From an uncultured Eubacteriales bacterium (GTDB lineage: Bacteria; Actinomycetota; Coriobacteriia; Anaerosomatales; JAAXUF01), in assembly GCA_964521195.1 (NCBI GenBank), contig CAZFRE010000001.1:575-64574 (forward strand): 64,000 nt of DNA. The letters are read 5' to 3'. Positions 1 to 8,753 of this stretch are shown here, piece by piece. The notes beneath the pieces are model-generated. The model saw nothing but the letters and a program-made list of their open reading frames with translations, was not told the origin of the DNA and did not search any database. The translations under genes and the position numbers were made by a program. Position 1 is the first letter of the stretch. Each line of letters begins with the position of its first letter.

Positions 1-318
1 CCTGTCGTCGCGTACTACCTGCCGACCACGATCCCGTCGTTCCCGTTCCCGCAATACGCCGACAACGCCGACCTGCGGGGCGGCAAGGTGAAGCTCGGCC
101 AGGACCTCGATCGCATCGCCGGTGACTCCCGCCGGGTCTGGATCATCCTGAGCTTCCAGGACATCGAATCCATCGCGGGTGACGCGTACAACACGCTCAA
201 GTGGTTCGAGCGCCATGGCTACAAGACGGTGCAGCACGTCGAGTTCAACAACGTCGAGCTGTACGAACTCGAGGCACCTGATGACCGGCTACCGCTCATC
301 AGGGGGTACGCGCCGTGA
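1..318 (+). CDS. 3' end of a gene truncated by the window edge; possibly the extracytoplasmic tail of a membrane glycosyltransferase
   Basis: Frame 1 is open from base 1 to TGA 316-318, and the stop overlaps the GTG of the GT2 gene (GTGA). Product guess comes from context only. Confidence 0.5.
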   Translation, partial: PVVAYYLPTTIPSFPFPQYADNADLRGGKVKLGQDLDRIAGDSRRVWIILSFQDIESIAGDAYNTLKWFERHGYKTVQHVEFNNVELYELEAPDDRLPLIRGYAP

Positions 319-1892
319 TCTACATCCCTCGTGAGCGCCGCAAGGAGTACCTGCGCACGTGCCGGATCATGTCGGTGATCTCGTTACTCGCTGCGCTCGT
401 GTACCTCAAGTGGCTCTACCTCGATGCGCGCCCCGACAACGCCGTGCTGTTCGTCCTCCTGGTCGCCGCCGAGACGTTCAACGTCGTGCAGGCGATCGGC
501 TTCTGGTACACGATCTCGATCCAGAAGTGGAACGAACCGGTCGCGATGGACTTCTCGGCGAGTGACGAGACGGTCGACATCTTCATAACCGTGTGCGGCG
601 AGCCGCGTGATGTCGTGGAGCGCACCGTGCGCGGCGTCATGGCCGTTCGGCATCCGCGCAAGAAGGTGTGGGTGCTCGACGACGGCCGGAGCCACGAGAT
701 CGAGGTGCTCGCGTACGTCAACGGCGCCGGCTACCTGACGCGCGACTCGCGTCGCGGCGCCAAGGCCGGCAACATCAACGACGCGCTCGCGCGAACGAGC
801 GGCAAGTACGTCGTCATCTTCGATGCAGACCACGTGCCCCGCCCCGACTTCCTCGAGAAGTCGCTTGGAGCGTTCGTCGACCGGCATGTCGCGTTCGTGC
901 AGACGCCGCAGTCCTACGCCAACCGCATCGACAACCGGGTCGCATGGGGGGCGCACGAGCAACAGCGGCTGTTCTACGGGCCGATCATGCGCGGGCGGCT
1001 CTCGGTCAACGCGGCGTTCTCGTGCGGCACCAACATGATCTTCAACCGAGCCGCGCTCGCAGACGTGGGAGGCATGCCGGAAGACTCCATCACGGAGGAC
1101 CTGCGGGTCTCACTGCTGCTGCTTGAGAAGGGCTACCGCTCCGAGTACGTGCCCGTGGTGCTCGCGCATGGCCTCGGTCCTCTCGATGTGAGCGGCTTCT
1201 TCAGCCAGCAGCTTCGCTGGGCGCGTGGCGGCCTCGAGATCCTCTTCAAGCGCAAGCCGTTCTTCAAGGGCATGCGCCCGGCCACCGGCATCCAGTTCGG
1301 ACTGAGCTTCTGGTACTGGTTCACCGGCCTGGCCTATGCGGTGTATCTCATCCTGCCCGTCGCGTTCCTCGTCTTCGGGCAACGCCCCGTGCAGGCCCCC
1401 AACGACTATCCGCTCTACTTCGTGCCCTACATCGTGGTGACGCTCGCCACCATGGCGTACGCGACCGATTTCGACATCACATTCCGCGGCATCTGGTTCA
1501 CGCTCTCGGCGTTCCCGGTGCACATCGCCGCGCTCTTCTCGGCGCTGTTTGGCGGGGATGCGAAGTTCGTCGTCACGTCCAAGAGTGGCACGAGCCGCTC
1601 GCTTCGTCCCGTCGCGGTGCACATCACGGCGATCGCGGTGCTTGCGTTCTCGATCGTGTTCGGTCTGTGGCGCTACGGCTTCAACCCGTCGGTCATGAAC
1701 AACGTCGCCTTCGCGCTCGGGCACATACTGTTGCTGCAGGGCTTCGTGCGCTACGCGCTTCACCCGCTGGTCCCCGAGGGCGAGGTGGGCGGCCGGGGAA
1801 CCGCCGCGGGTCTGGCCGCCGAGAAGCCCGCCAACGTGAGTGAGCACCAGCCGAAGATCACCGTCGCCGAGTGGGGAGGGCAGGAGGAGTGA
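315..1892 (+). CDS. Cellulose synthase-like processive GT2 glycosyltransferase, no PilZ domain
   Basis: Motifs DDG, AKAGN, DAD, QTPQ, FSCGT, TED and QQLRW. Two N-terminal and about five C-terminal TM segments. Confidence 0.9.
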   Translation: MIYIPRERRKEYLRTCRIMSVISLLAALVYLKWLYLDARPDNAVLFVLLVAAETFNVVQAIGFWYTISIQKWNEPVAMDFSASDETVDIFITVCGEPRDVVERTVRGVMAVRHPRKKVWVLDDGRSHEIEVLAYVNGAGYLTRDSRRGAKAGNINDALARTSGKYVVIFDADHVPRPDFLEKSLGAFVDRHVAFVQTPQSYANRIDNRVAWGAHEQQRLFYGPIMRGRLSVNAAFSCGTNMIFNRAALADVGGMPEDSITEDLRVSLLLLEKGYRSEYVPVVLAHGLGPLDVSGFFSQQLRWARGGLEILFKRKPFFKGMRPATGIQFGLSFWYWFTGLAYAVYLILPVAFLVFGQRPVQAPNDYPLYFVPYIVVTLATMAYATDFDITFRGIWFTLSAFPVHIAALFSALFGGDAKFVVTSKSGTSRSLRPVAVHITAIAVLAFSIVFGLWRYGFNPSVMNNVAFALGHILLLQGFVRYALHPLVPEGEVGGRGTAAGLAAEKPANVSEHQPKITVAEWGGQEE

Positions 1893-3088
1893 GCGAGCGC
1901 ACGGCACGGCGGCTCAATCTCACCGGTATCGCCGGGCTCCTCGGCGCGGTGCTTGTGGCTGTCACGCTCGGCGGGTGCGCGACCGGACGAGTCGCGGAGA
2001 ACACGCCGGCACGGCCCGGCAGCGGCATCGACGAGACGTCGTATTCGGTCGAGCCGAAGATGTGCTGGCGCGTCCAGCCACCGGCATACGGCGCCTACAT
2101 CGGCATCTATCGGCCGCCGATGCCGTTCGTCATCGCCGAGTACGACGCGTACCTCGCGACGACATCACCCAAGCCGCCGTCGATCATCATGTGGTACCAG
2201 CCGTGGGCCGAGTCGGGTCCTCACGAGATCGATCAGGCGGCGCTCGCATCGGTCTACCAGCGAGGCGCGGTGCCGATGATCACGTGGGAACCGTGGGACC
2301 CGGGTACGAACGCCAATGCGGTGCAGAACCCCGGAACGAACCAGAACTGGCGGCTGAAGAACATCCTCGACGGCCGCTATGACGGCTACATCCGCCGTTG
2401 GGCAAGCAAGATCAAGGCGGTCAAGGGCCCGGTCATGCTCAGGCCCATGCACGAGATGAACGGCGAGTGGTACCCGTGGGCGGGGACCGTCAACGACAAC
2501 ACCCCCGCGGACTACATCGCCGCCTGGCGCCACATCCACGACATGTTCGAGGCCGAGGGCGCCACGAACGTCACGTGGGTCTGGAGCATCAACGGCGAGA
2601 GCGTTCCCGACACTCGCGAGAACCGGTACGACGTGTACTACCCGGGCGACGAGTACGTCGACTGGGTCGGCCTTTCCGGCTTCAACTGGGGAACCACCGG
2701 CAACAACTCTCAGTGGGAGACGTTTGACGAGATATACACCGCCCCACTGCGTTACGCGCGCACGCTGAACAAGCCGATCGTCATCGCCGAGTTCGCCAGC
2801 GTGGAACAGGGGGGAGACAAAGCCGAGTGGATCTACGACGCCTACAAGCGGATCCGCACGGAGCACCCCGAGGTCGACGCCGTCGTGTACTTCGATTCGT
2901 TCGAAAGCGGCCCGGACGGTACGCAGGACTGGCGGATTCACACGTCGGCAGAGGCATCGCACGCCTACGCCGACTCCCTCGACGACCCGTACTACCTGCC
3001 CGCTCCACCGGCGACCATGCGCAACTGGATGGACGGCCTGTCCAGCCGCAACTGGATGTATCTTCGCTCGCTGTTGCCGGTGTACTAG
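1889..3088 (+). CDS. GH26 glycoside hydrolase, predicted lipoprotein
   Basis: LGGC lipobox; WEPW, RPMHEMNG (acid/base Glu) and IAEFAS (nucleophile Glu). GTG start overlaps the GT2 stop and follows GGAGGA. Confidence 0.88.
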   Translation: MSERTARRLNLTGIAGLLGAVLVAVTLGGCATGRVAENTPARPGSGIDETSYSVEPKMCWRVQPPAYGAYIGIYRPPMPFVIAEYDAYLATTSPKPPSIIMWYQPWAESGPHEIDQAALASVYQRGAVPMITWEPWDPGTNANAVQNPGTNQNWRLKNILDGRYDGYIRRWASKIKAVKGPVMLRPMHEMNGEWYPWAGTVNDNTPADYIAAWRHIHDMFEAEGATNVTWVWSINGESVPDTRENRYDVYYPGDEYVDWVGLSGFNWGTTGNNSQWETFDEIYTAPLRYARTLNKPIVIAEFASVEQGGDKAEWIYDAYKRIRTEHPEVDAVVYFDSFESGPDGTQDWRIHTSAEASHAYADSLDDPYYLPAPPATMRNWMDGLSSRNWMYLRSLLPVY

Positions 3089-3279
3089 CCGGGTAGCGGC
3101 CTCGGCTTCCGCCTGGCAAGGGTCCACGTCACGCCGGCCGTCCGCGGCTCGCGAAAATCTGTGTCGAAACTCACATTCATCGCCCCCAAGGGGTTCAGTT
3201 GAGCGCGCCATCGACCGATACGTTCTGTGACAGATGAACAGTTTTGTGCGGGACCGATAGGGCTTTCTGAAGCCCGATC

Positions 3280-3355
3280 CCGACAAAGGCGAACCCGTCG
3301 CGAGGCGGGGGCGCAAAGCCAAGGGTCTCCCCGAGACAGCCTAGCTACCGAAGGT
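3280..3355 (+). ncRNA. c-di-GMP-I (GEMM) riboswitch
   Basis: GGCGAACC, then P2 CCCGTC-GCGA-GGCGGG (GNRA loop), GCGCAAAGCC, P3 GGTCTC/GAGACAGC and CTACCGAAG. The G20/A47/C92 equivalents are at 3288/3315/3348. Confidence 0.85.
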
Positions 3356-3362
3356 GAAGGTA

Positions 3363-4697
3363 ATGAAGAAGCTCGTCGCAGTCCTCGTTCTCGTTCTCGC
3401 TCTGGCCGCAGCGGCCGCAACCCCCGCATTCGCATCCGTCCGAGTCACGGCGCGCGCCAAGACCCAGTTCGCCCAGGGGACTCCTTCCAAGGTCGTCTTC
3501 ACCGCCAAGCTCACCAAGCGCGGCCACGTCAAGCGCGGCATCGTCCGCTTCAGGATCTACCGCAACGGCGAGTTCGTCCGCTCGATCCGGGCCAAGCGGT
3601 CCGGCAAGTCCTACAAGGCCTCGTGGACCCTCACCGACGACGCCCGAACGCTGGCCAGCACCAGCTCCTACCGCTACAAGGTCCGCGCGACCACCAAGCG
3701 CTCCGGCCGCGGTAAGGCATCGGGTCGCGTCACGATTCCGACCCCGACGCCCATCGTGACCCCCTCGGATCCTACGACCGACACGACCGTTCCCACGGTC
3801 ACCCCGGTCCCCGTACCGGTTCCTGCTCCTACCACCACCCCGACGGCGACTCCGGGCCGCTGGGTCGGCTACTACATCCCGGGCTGCCCGTCGCATCTCG
3901 AGCCGCTCGATGAGCTGCAGTCCAAGATCGGCGCGAAGGCCGCGGTGCTCAACTTCTTCATCGCCGACTCCGAGAGTTTCCCGGCCGCCCGCGTCGAGAA
4001 CGCGCAGAGCAACGGCTCCATCCCGATGGTCACCCTCGAGTTCCACAAGACCGTCGACCTGCGTGGCGTCGAGTCGATCACCAACGGGGAGTGCGACACC
4101 TACATCCGCCGCTTCGCGCAGGCTGCCAAGGCCAACGGCGGCGAGATCTGGCTGCGCCCGTTCCACGAGATGAACGGCGAGTGGTCCGCGTGGTGTGGCG
4201 TCGTCGGCAACAACTCCGCTGCCAAGACGGTCGCCGCCTGGAAGCACATCCACGATGTGTTCCAGCAGGAGGGCGCCACCAACGTGAAGTTCGTCTGGAA
4301 CGTCAACGGCTTGAGCTGCCCCAACACCTCGGCGAACGCGATCGAGAAGTACTGGCCCGGCGACGCGTACGTCGACTACACGTCGATCGACGGCTACAAC
4401 TTCGGCAACCACGCGTCGTGGTCGAGCTGGGCGTCCCCCGAGTCGATCTTCGGCGACGCGTACCGCCGCATCAACAAGCTCAGCGGCAAGCCGATGTTCA
4501 TCGCCGAGATGGCGTGCACCTCCAACGGCGGCGACAAGGCTGCCTGGATGGCCAACTTCTTCGCCAACGTGAAGACGCAGTTCCCGAAGCTCGTCGGAGT
4601 GGTCTGGTTCAATGCCGACAAGGAAGAGGACTGGCGCGTCGAGGAGACCCCGGCCACACTGGCCGTCATGCAGAATCTCGCCGTGACCGGCTACTAG
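3363..4697 (+). CDS. Secreted GH26 hydrolase with Lys/Arg-rich N-terminal domain and Pro/Thr linker
   Basis: Signal peptide ending AFA, PT-rich linker, RPFHEMNG and FIAEMAC. Confidence 0.88.
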   Translation: MKKLVAVLVLVLALAAAAATPAFASVRVTARAKTQFAQGTPSKVVFTAKLTKRGHVKRGIVRFRIYRNGEFVRSIRAKRSGKSYKASWTLTDDARTLASTSSYRYKVRATTKRSGRGKASGRVTIPTPTPIVTPSDPTTDTTVPTVTPVPVPVPAPTTTPTATPGRWVGYYIPGCPSHLEPLDELQSKIGAKAAVLNFFIADSESFPAARVENAQSNGSIPMVTLEFHKTVDLRGVESITNGECDTYIRRFAQAAKANGGEIWLRPFHEMNGEWSAWCGVVGNNSAAKTVAAWKHIHDVFQQEGATNVKFVWNVNGLSCPNTSANAIEKYWPGDAYVDYTSIDGYNFGNHASWSSWASPESIFGDAYRRINKLSGKPMFIAEMACTSNGGDKAAWMANFFANVKTQFPKLVGVVWFNADKEEDWRVEETPATLAVMQNLAVTGY

Positions 4698-4720
4698 TCT
4701 TCAGGTTCGTCTCCTTCACC

Positions 4721-4755
4721 GAAGGCCGTTGCGGCGTGACGCTGCGACGGCCTTC
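4721..4755 (+). terminator. Hairpin, likely terminator after the second GH26 gene
   Basis: GAAGGCCGTTGCGGCG-TGA-CGCTGCGACGGCCTTC stem; no strong U-tract. Confidence 0.55.
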
Positions 4756-4768
4756 GTGCGCTATGAGC

Positions 4769-4805
4769 GCACCGTGGACGGGTGCGAGGCACCCGTCCAC
4801 GGTGC
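4769..4805. repeat. Perfect 17-bp inverted repeat
   Basis: GCACCGTGGACGGGTGC-GAG-GCACCCGTCCACGGTGC. Confidence 0.85.
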
Positions 4806-4865
4806 TACGATTGGTACCCGTGAGCGTGCGGGAGCGCGAGCCGATCACATGATGCGAGGTTGAAG

Positions 4866-6083
4866 ATGGTCAGGCGCCAGATACGCCGAGCAGTCCTTGC
4901 GATGATGCTGGCGGTCGCGATAGTCATCGGTCAGGGGTGCGCCGCCTCGCCCTCGGCCACCACAGGGCCCGCCACCCCCTCGGCCTCGGCTCCGGCGACC
5001 GTGGAGGGATCCTCGGCCGCAGTCGCAACCGCGGCCCCGCCGTCCGCGACCACCGGTACGGCATCCGACCCGGGCTACGCACCCGTCGACGACGAACTGC
5101 TCACCATCCAGATCGGTCAGGACTATGCCGTTCTGCCGCCGGCAAAAGGCGTCTACGCGGGGATCTTCGAACCTCCGGCGCCGTTCGGTTACGAGCGACT
5201 CGAGGCCTACGGCGAGAAGTTCGACAAGCCCGCGGCCATCGTGCTGTGGTACCAGGCATGGGAGCCTGACGAGTGGATCGGCGACTTCAAGGAAGAGAAC
5301 GTTCGCGAGATCCTCAAGCGCGGCGCGATTCCGATGATCACGTGGGAGCCGTGGGTCGCAGGCGCGGGCGTGAAGCAGCCCAAGTACCGCTTGAGCACGA
5401 TCATCAACGGCGACTGGGACGAGTACATCCGGTCGTGGGCGAGGGCGGCGAAGTCCATCGACGGACCGATCATGATCCGTCCGTTCCACGAGATGAACGG
5501 CGAGTGGTATCCGTGGGGCGGCACTGTCAACGGGAACAAGCCCTCAGACGTGAAGAAAGCCTGGATTCACGTGCACGACATCTTCGAGGAAGAGGGCGCC
5601 ACGAACGTCACGTGGGTGTGGAGCATCAACTGGGAGAGCTACCCCAACACGTATGCGAACCGGTTCGACGCCTACTACCCCGGTGACGAGTACGTCGACT
5701 GGACATCGATCAGCGGGTTCAACTGGGGCAAGACCCGCACCCGGCCGCAGGGCCGCTCGTTCACCAACATCTACACCAAGCCGCTCGCGTACCTCAAGAC
5801 CGTGGGCAAGCCCGTGGTCATCTCGGAGATCGGCTGCAACAGCAACGTGGACAAGGCCGCGTGGATCAAGGACGCCTACACCCGCGTGCTCCTCAAGTAC
5901 CCGCACGTGAAGGGCATCTGCTACTACGACAAGCGCGAGCCCAACAACGTGAAGGGCACGCAGGACTGGCAGATCTCGAGTTCGAAGTCGTCCGAGAGGG
6001 CGTATCGCTCGGCGATGTCGTCCCGCATGTACATCGGTGGCTCACCGACCTCGCTGCTCGGCACGGTGACCGCCACGCCGTAG
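4866..6083 (+). CDS. GH26 glycoside hydrolase, predicted lipoprotein
   Basis: GQGC lipobox, Ala/Thr/Pro linker, WEPW, RPFHEMNG and ISEIGC; clearly paralogous to 1889-3088. Confidence 0.88.
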   Translation: MVRRQIRRAVLAMMLAVAIVIGQGCAASPSATTGPATPSASAPATVEGSSAAVATAAPPSATTGTASDPGYAPVDDELLTIQIGQDYAVLPPAKGVYAGIFEPPAPFGYERLEAYGEKFDKPAAIVLWYQAWEPDEWIGDFKEENVREILKRGAIPMITWEPWVAGAGVKQPKYRLSTIINGDWDEYIRSWARAAKSIDGPIMIRPFHEMNGEWYPWGGTVNGNKPSDVKKAWIHVHDIFEEEGATNVTWVWSINWESYPNTYANRFDAYYPGDEYVDWTSISGFNWGKTRTRPQGRSFTNIYTKPLAYLKTVGKPVVISEIGCNSNVDKAAWIKDAYTRVLLKYPHVKGICYYDKREPNNVKGTQDWQISSSKSSERAYRSAMSSRMYIGGSPTSLLGTVTATP

Positions 6084-6122
6084 GCGCCCGGCCGTCGAGC
6101 CGTCATCGAGAGGGAGCAACGC

Positions 6123-6515
6123 ATGTCACTGACGCCACACCACGTCGGCATCGTCGTGAGCGACGTGGAGCGATCGACCTCGTTCTACCGCGCGCTTGGA
6201 TTCGAGGTCGTCAAGGAGCATCCAGCCGAGGACGGCTCGCGCACGATCCGCTTCATCCGCTCCGGGGACTTCGAGATCGAACTCTTCTGGTACGACGTGC
6301 CGGCGGCGCCCGCGTGCGACCCGGCGGGAAAGGGGCAACTCGGCTTCAGGCATCTGGCGTTTCGCGCCGACGACATCGACGCCACGCTCGCTTCGCTGAA
6401 GCAGCTCGGAGTCGCGCCCGACGAGCTTGAAGTGCGCAGAGTGCCGATCGGGTACAGCATCCTGTTCCTGCGCGATCCGGACGGCATCGAGATCGAGATC
6501 ATGCAGGAGGACTGA
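6123..6515 (+). CDS. VOC/glyoxalase family protein
   Basis: HHVGIVVSD, FY..LGF, ELF, HLAF and FLRDPDGIEIE. Confidence 0.88.
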   Translation: MSLTPHHVGIVVSDVERSTSFYRALGFEVVKEHPAEDGSRTIRFIRSGDFEIELFWYDVPAAPACDPAGKGQLGFRHLAFRADDIDATLASLKQLGVAPDELEVRRVPIGYSILFLRDPDGIEIEIMQED

Positions 6516-6527
6516 CGCCCGGCGCGC

Positions 6528-6968
6528 TCAGTTCCCTTGCGGTCGCAGGTACTCGGCGAACTGCAGGTCTTCTTCCCACACGTGTTGCAGCAGCCACGAC
6601 TGCAGCCACTCGCGGACCTGGTCGACGGTCAGCGTCGAGTCGCCCGCGCCGAAACGCTCGGCCATCTGGGTGACCTCGGCGCGGAACTGGGCGTGTAGCA
6701 GCTGCTGGCGTTCGAGTCCGGGGAAGCCGATGCGCCGCATCAGGTCCTCCTCGTCACCGAAGTGCGTATTCGCGTACGCGAGCACATCGAAGAGCACTTC
6801 GCCGAACGCGACGCGGTCTGGAGCGCCCTCAGCGAGCATGCTGAGTTCGAGCACGAGGTCGTGCAGCTCGACATGCTGGGCGTCGATGAGAGCGTCACCC
6901 GTTGCGAGTCGTTCATCCCAGACCCTCGGTCGCACGCCGGTCCGTCCCTTCCTTCGATGACGCACCAT
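6528..6968 (-). CDS. Bacteriohemerythrin-like protein (one His ligand replaced by Gln)
   Basis: W...L.TG..IDAQH, HFGDEE, QQLLH and WLLQHVWEED. Start is uncertain. Confidence 0.8.
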   Translation of the reverse strand: MVRHRRKGRTGVRPRVWDERLATGDALIDAQHVELHDLVLELSMLAEGAPDRVAFGEVLFDVLAYANTHFGDEEDLMRRIGFPGLERQQLLHAQFRAEVTQMAERFGAGDSTLTVDQVREWLQSWLLQHVWEEDLQFAEYLRPQGN

Positions 6969-7026
6969 TCAGACGTGCACCACTTCGCCAACGAGTCCGG
7001 GCGCCCCTGCTCCGTTCGCGGAACCG

Positions 7027-7497
7027 CTACTTGAGTGCGACGGGGAATCGGATCTCCGTCAGGTGGTCCTCCGGAGCGGTCGTTTCCGGGTCCGAGAAGT
7101 ACAGTTCCTCCGGTGGGCCCACGGCGACGTAGCCGTTCGTGTCGATCCACGCCGCGAGCTCGGCATACGTGGACGCCACGGTGTCGTATGGTCCGCGGTG
7201 CATGGCGAACGCGACAAGGTGCGGGTCCACGTGCTTGACTCCGCAGCATGTTTCGTCGACCGGCCTGTCCTGCACCACGCCCGCCACCGGCGCACGCAGC
7301 TCCCACTTCGCCTCAGCCTGCCCGACGCTCGGGTCCGTCAGGTACACGCCCGCCGGCATCCCGACGGGCTGCATGCCGTGCTGGCCCACCCAGCCGTACA
7401 GCTTCCCCATGGCCTCCGGAATGAGATCGTAGGGGCCGCTCATCGCGATGAACGCGACCGTCTCGGGCTCCGTGGTCTTGAGTTGGACATCGATCAT
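7027..7497 (-). CDS. GyrI-like small-molecule-binding domain protein
   Basis: GPYD and HRGPYDTV repeats, E.Y..DP and TEIRFPV; GGAGG precedes ATG 7497. Confidence 0.8.
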   Translation of the reverse strand: MIDVQLKTTEPETVAFIAMSGPYDLIPEAMGKLYGWVGQHGMQPVGMPAGVYLTDPSVGQAEAKWELRAPVAGVVQDRPVDETCCGVKHVDPHLVAFAMHRGPYDTVASTYAELAAWIDTNGYVAVGPPEELYFSDPETTAPEDHLTEIRFPVALK

Positions 7498-7575
7498 CAC
7501 AAACACCTCCCACCTGTACCTACCCACCTATGAGTCGCCTCGGCATCCGCCTGTTCACCCCGCTCTTGCCTGCAT

Positions 7576-7633
7576 GCAAGTACTTGCTTGGCTTGCTTGC
7601 CGCCACGGTCTAGAGTGCAAGCAGTTACTTGCA
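7576..7633. promoter_or_regulatory. Two palindromes in the divergent promoter, probable TetR operators
   Basis: GCAAGTACTTGC (7576-7587) and TGCAAG-N6-CTTGCA (7616-7633). Confidence 0.55.
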
Positions 7634-7659
7634 TCGATGATCCGACACGTGGAGGAACG

Positions 7660-8247
7660 ATGGTCCATGACACCGCCGACAAGATCCTCGCCGCCGCCTC
7701 CGAGCTCATCGCCGAGCGCGGCTACGCGGCGACGACGACGCGCGCGATCGCAGAGCGTGCCGGCGTCAACGAGGTGACGCTCTTCCGGCGATTCGACAGC
7801 AAGCTCGGCATCGTCAGGGCGCTCGGCGCCCGGTGGGCGGAGTCGCAGGCCGGCCATGCGGTGGAGCACGTCGCGGACCCCGAGGACACGCGCGCGACGC
7901 TGCTGTCCCTGGCGCGCATGGAGGTCGCGGGCGCGCAGGCGAACGGCGGTGCCGCGATGCGGCTGGCGTTCGAGGCCCGTTCGGTGCCCGAGCTCGCCGA
8001 GCTGATGGGCGATGGCCCGCGGGCGAATATGACGGGGCTCGCCGAGTACCTTGCCGAGCGCCAAGCTGCGGGCGACCTTCGCGCGGACGTCTCCGCGGCG
8101 GCGATGGCCGAGGCGTTCTTCAGCCTCACCTCGAGCCACGTGATGTACCGGATGATGCTCGGTGTCGACGGCCCGGGCTCCGGCGCGGCCTCCGATGTCG
8201 TCGAGGAACTGGTGGAGCTGTTCCTGAGGGGAGCTGAGAAGCGATGA
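7660..8247 (+). CDS. TetR/AcrR family regulator
   Basis: ILAAASELIAERGYAATTTRAIAERAGVNEVTLFRRF HTH; GGAGG RBS. Confidence 0.92.
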   Translation: MVHDTADKILAAASELIAERGYAATTTRAIAERAGVNEVTLFRRFDSKLGIVRALGARWAESQAGHAVEHVADPEDTRATLLSLARMEVAGAQANGGAAMRLAFEARSVPELAELMGDGPRANMTGLAEYLAERQAAGDLRADVSAAAMAEAFFSLTSSHVMYRMMLGVDGPGSGAASDVVEELVELFLRGAEKR

Positions 8248-8750
8248 AGAAGGTCCTTGTGGTCTATGCGACGAAGTCCGGCTGCACGACCGGAATCGCC
8301 GAGCAGATCGGCCGCGCGCTCACTGAGCGGGGAGCCGACGTCGATGTGTTCTCGGTGGCCGAGGCACCCGCACCCGCCGGCTACGACGCGGTGATCGTCG
8401 GCAGCGGTATTCGCATGGGGCAGTGGCTTGAGGCCGCTCGTGACTGGGTGGGCGCCAGCGTGCAGGCGCTGTCAGCGATGCCCGTGGCCTTCTTCACGTG
8501 TTGCCTGACGCTTGCGCAGGAGCCGGCCAAGGCCGGGGAGGTTCGTGCCTACACCGACGCGCTCATCGAGTCCTGCGGGCTGACCCCAATCGACGTGGGT
8601 CTGTTCGCCGGCTGGAACGAGCCAAGGCGATTCGGGCTGCTCGAGCGCACCATCCTCAAGGCGATGAAGGCGCCGGTCGGTGACTTTCGGGACCTTGCCG
8701 CCGTCGCGGCGTGGACCGACGCCGTCGCGCCCGAACTCGGCATGGAATAG
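8244..8750 (+). CDS. Flavodoxin-domain protein (HemG-like)
   Basis: LVVYATKSGCT, YDAVIVGSGIRMG and GDFRD. Confidence 0.8.
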   Translation: MKKVLVVYATKSGCTTGIAEQIGRALTERGADVDVFSVAEAPAPAGYDAVIVGSGIRMGQWLEAARDWVGASVQALSAMPVAFFTCCLTLAQEPAKAGEVRAYTDALIESCGLTPIDVGLFAGWNEPRRFGLLERTILKAMKAPVGDFRDLAAVAAWTDAVAPELGME

Positions 8751-8753
8751 GGA

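Noticed and set aside
3740-3850. Short tandem-like repeats here and at 25450-25520 and 62560-62610
   Set aside because: These encode Pro/Thr or Glu/Pro/Ala linkers within proteins and are not CRISPR or VNTR arrays.
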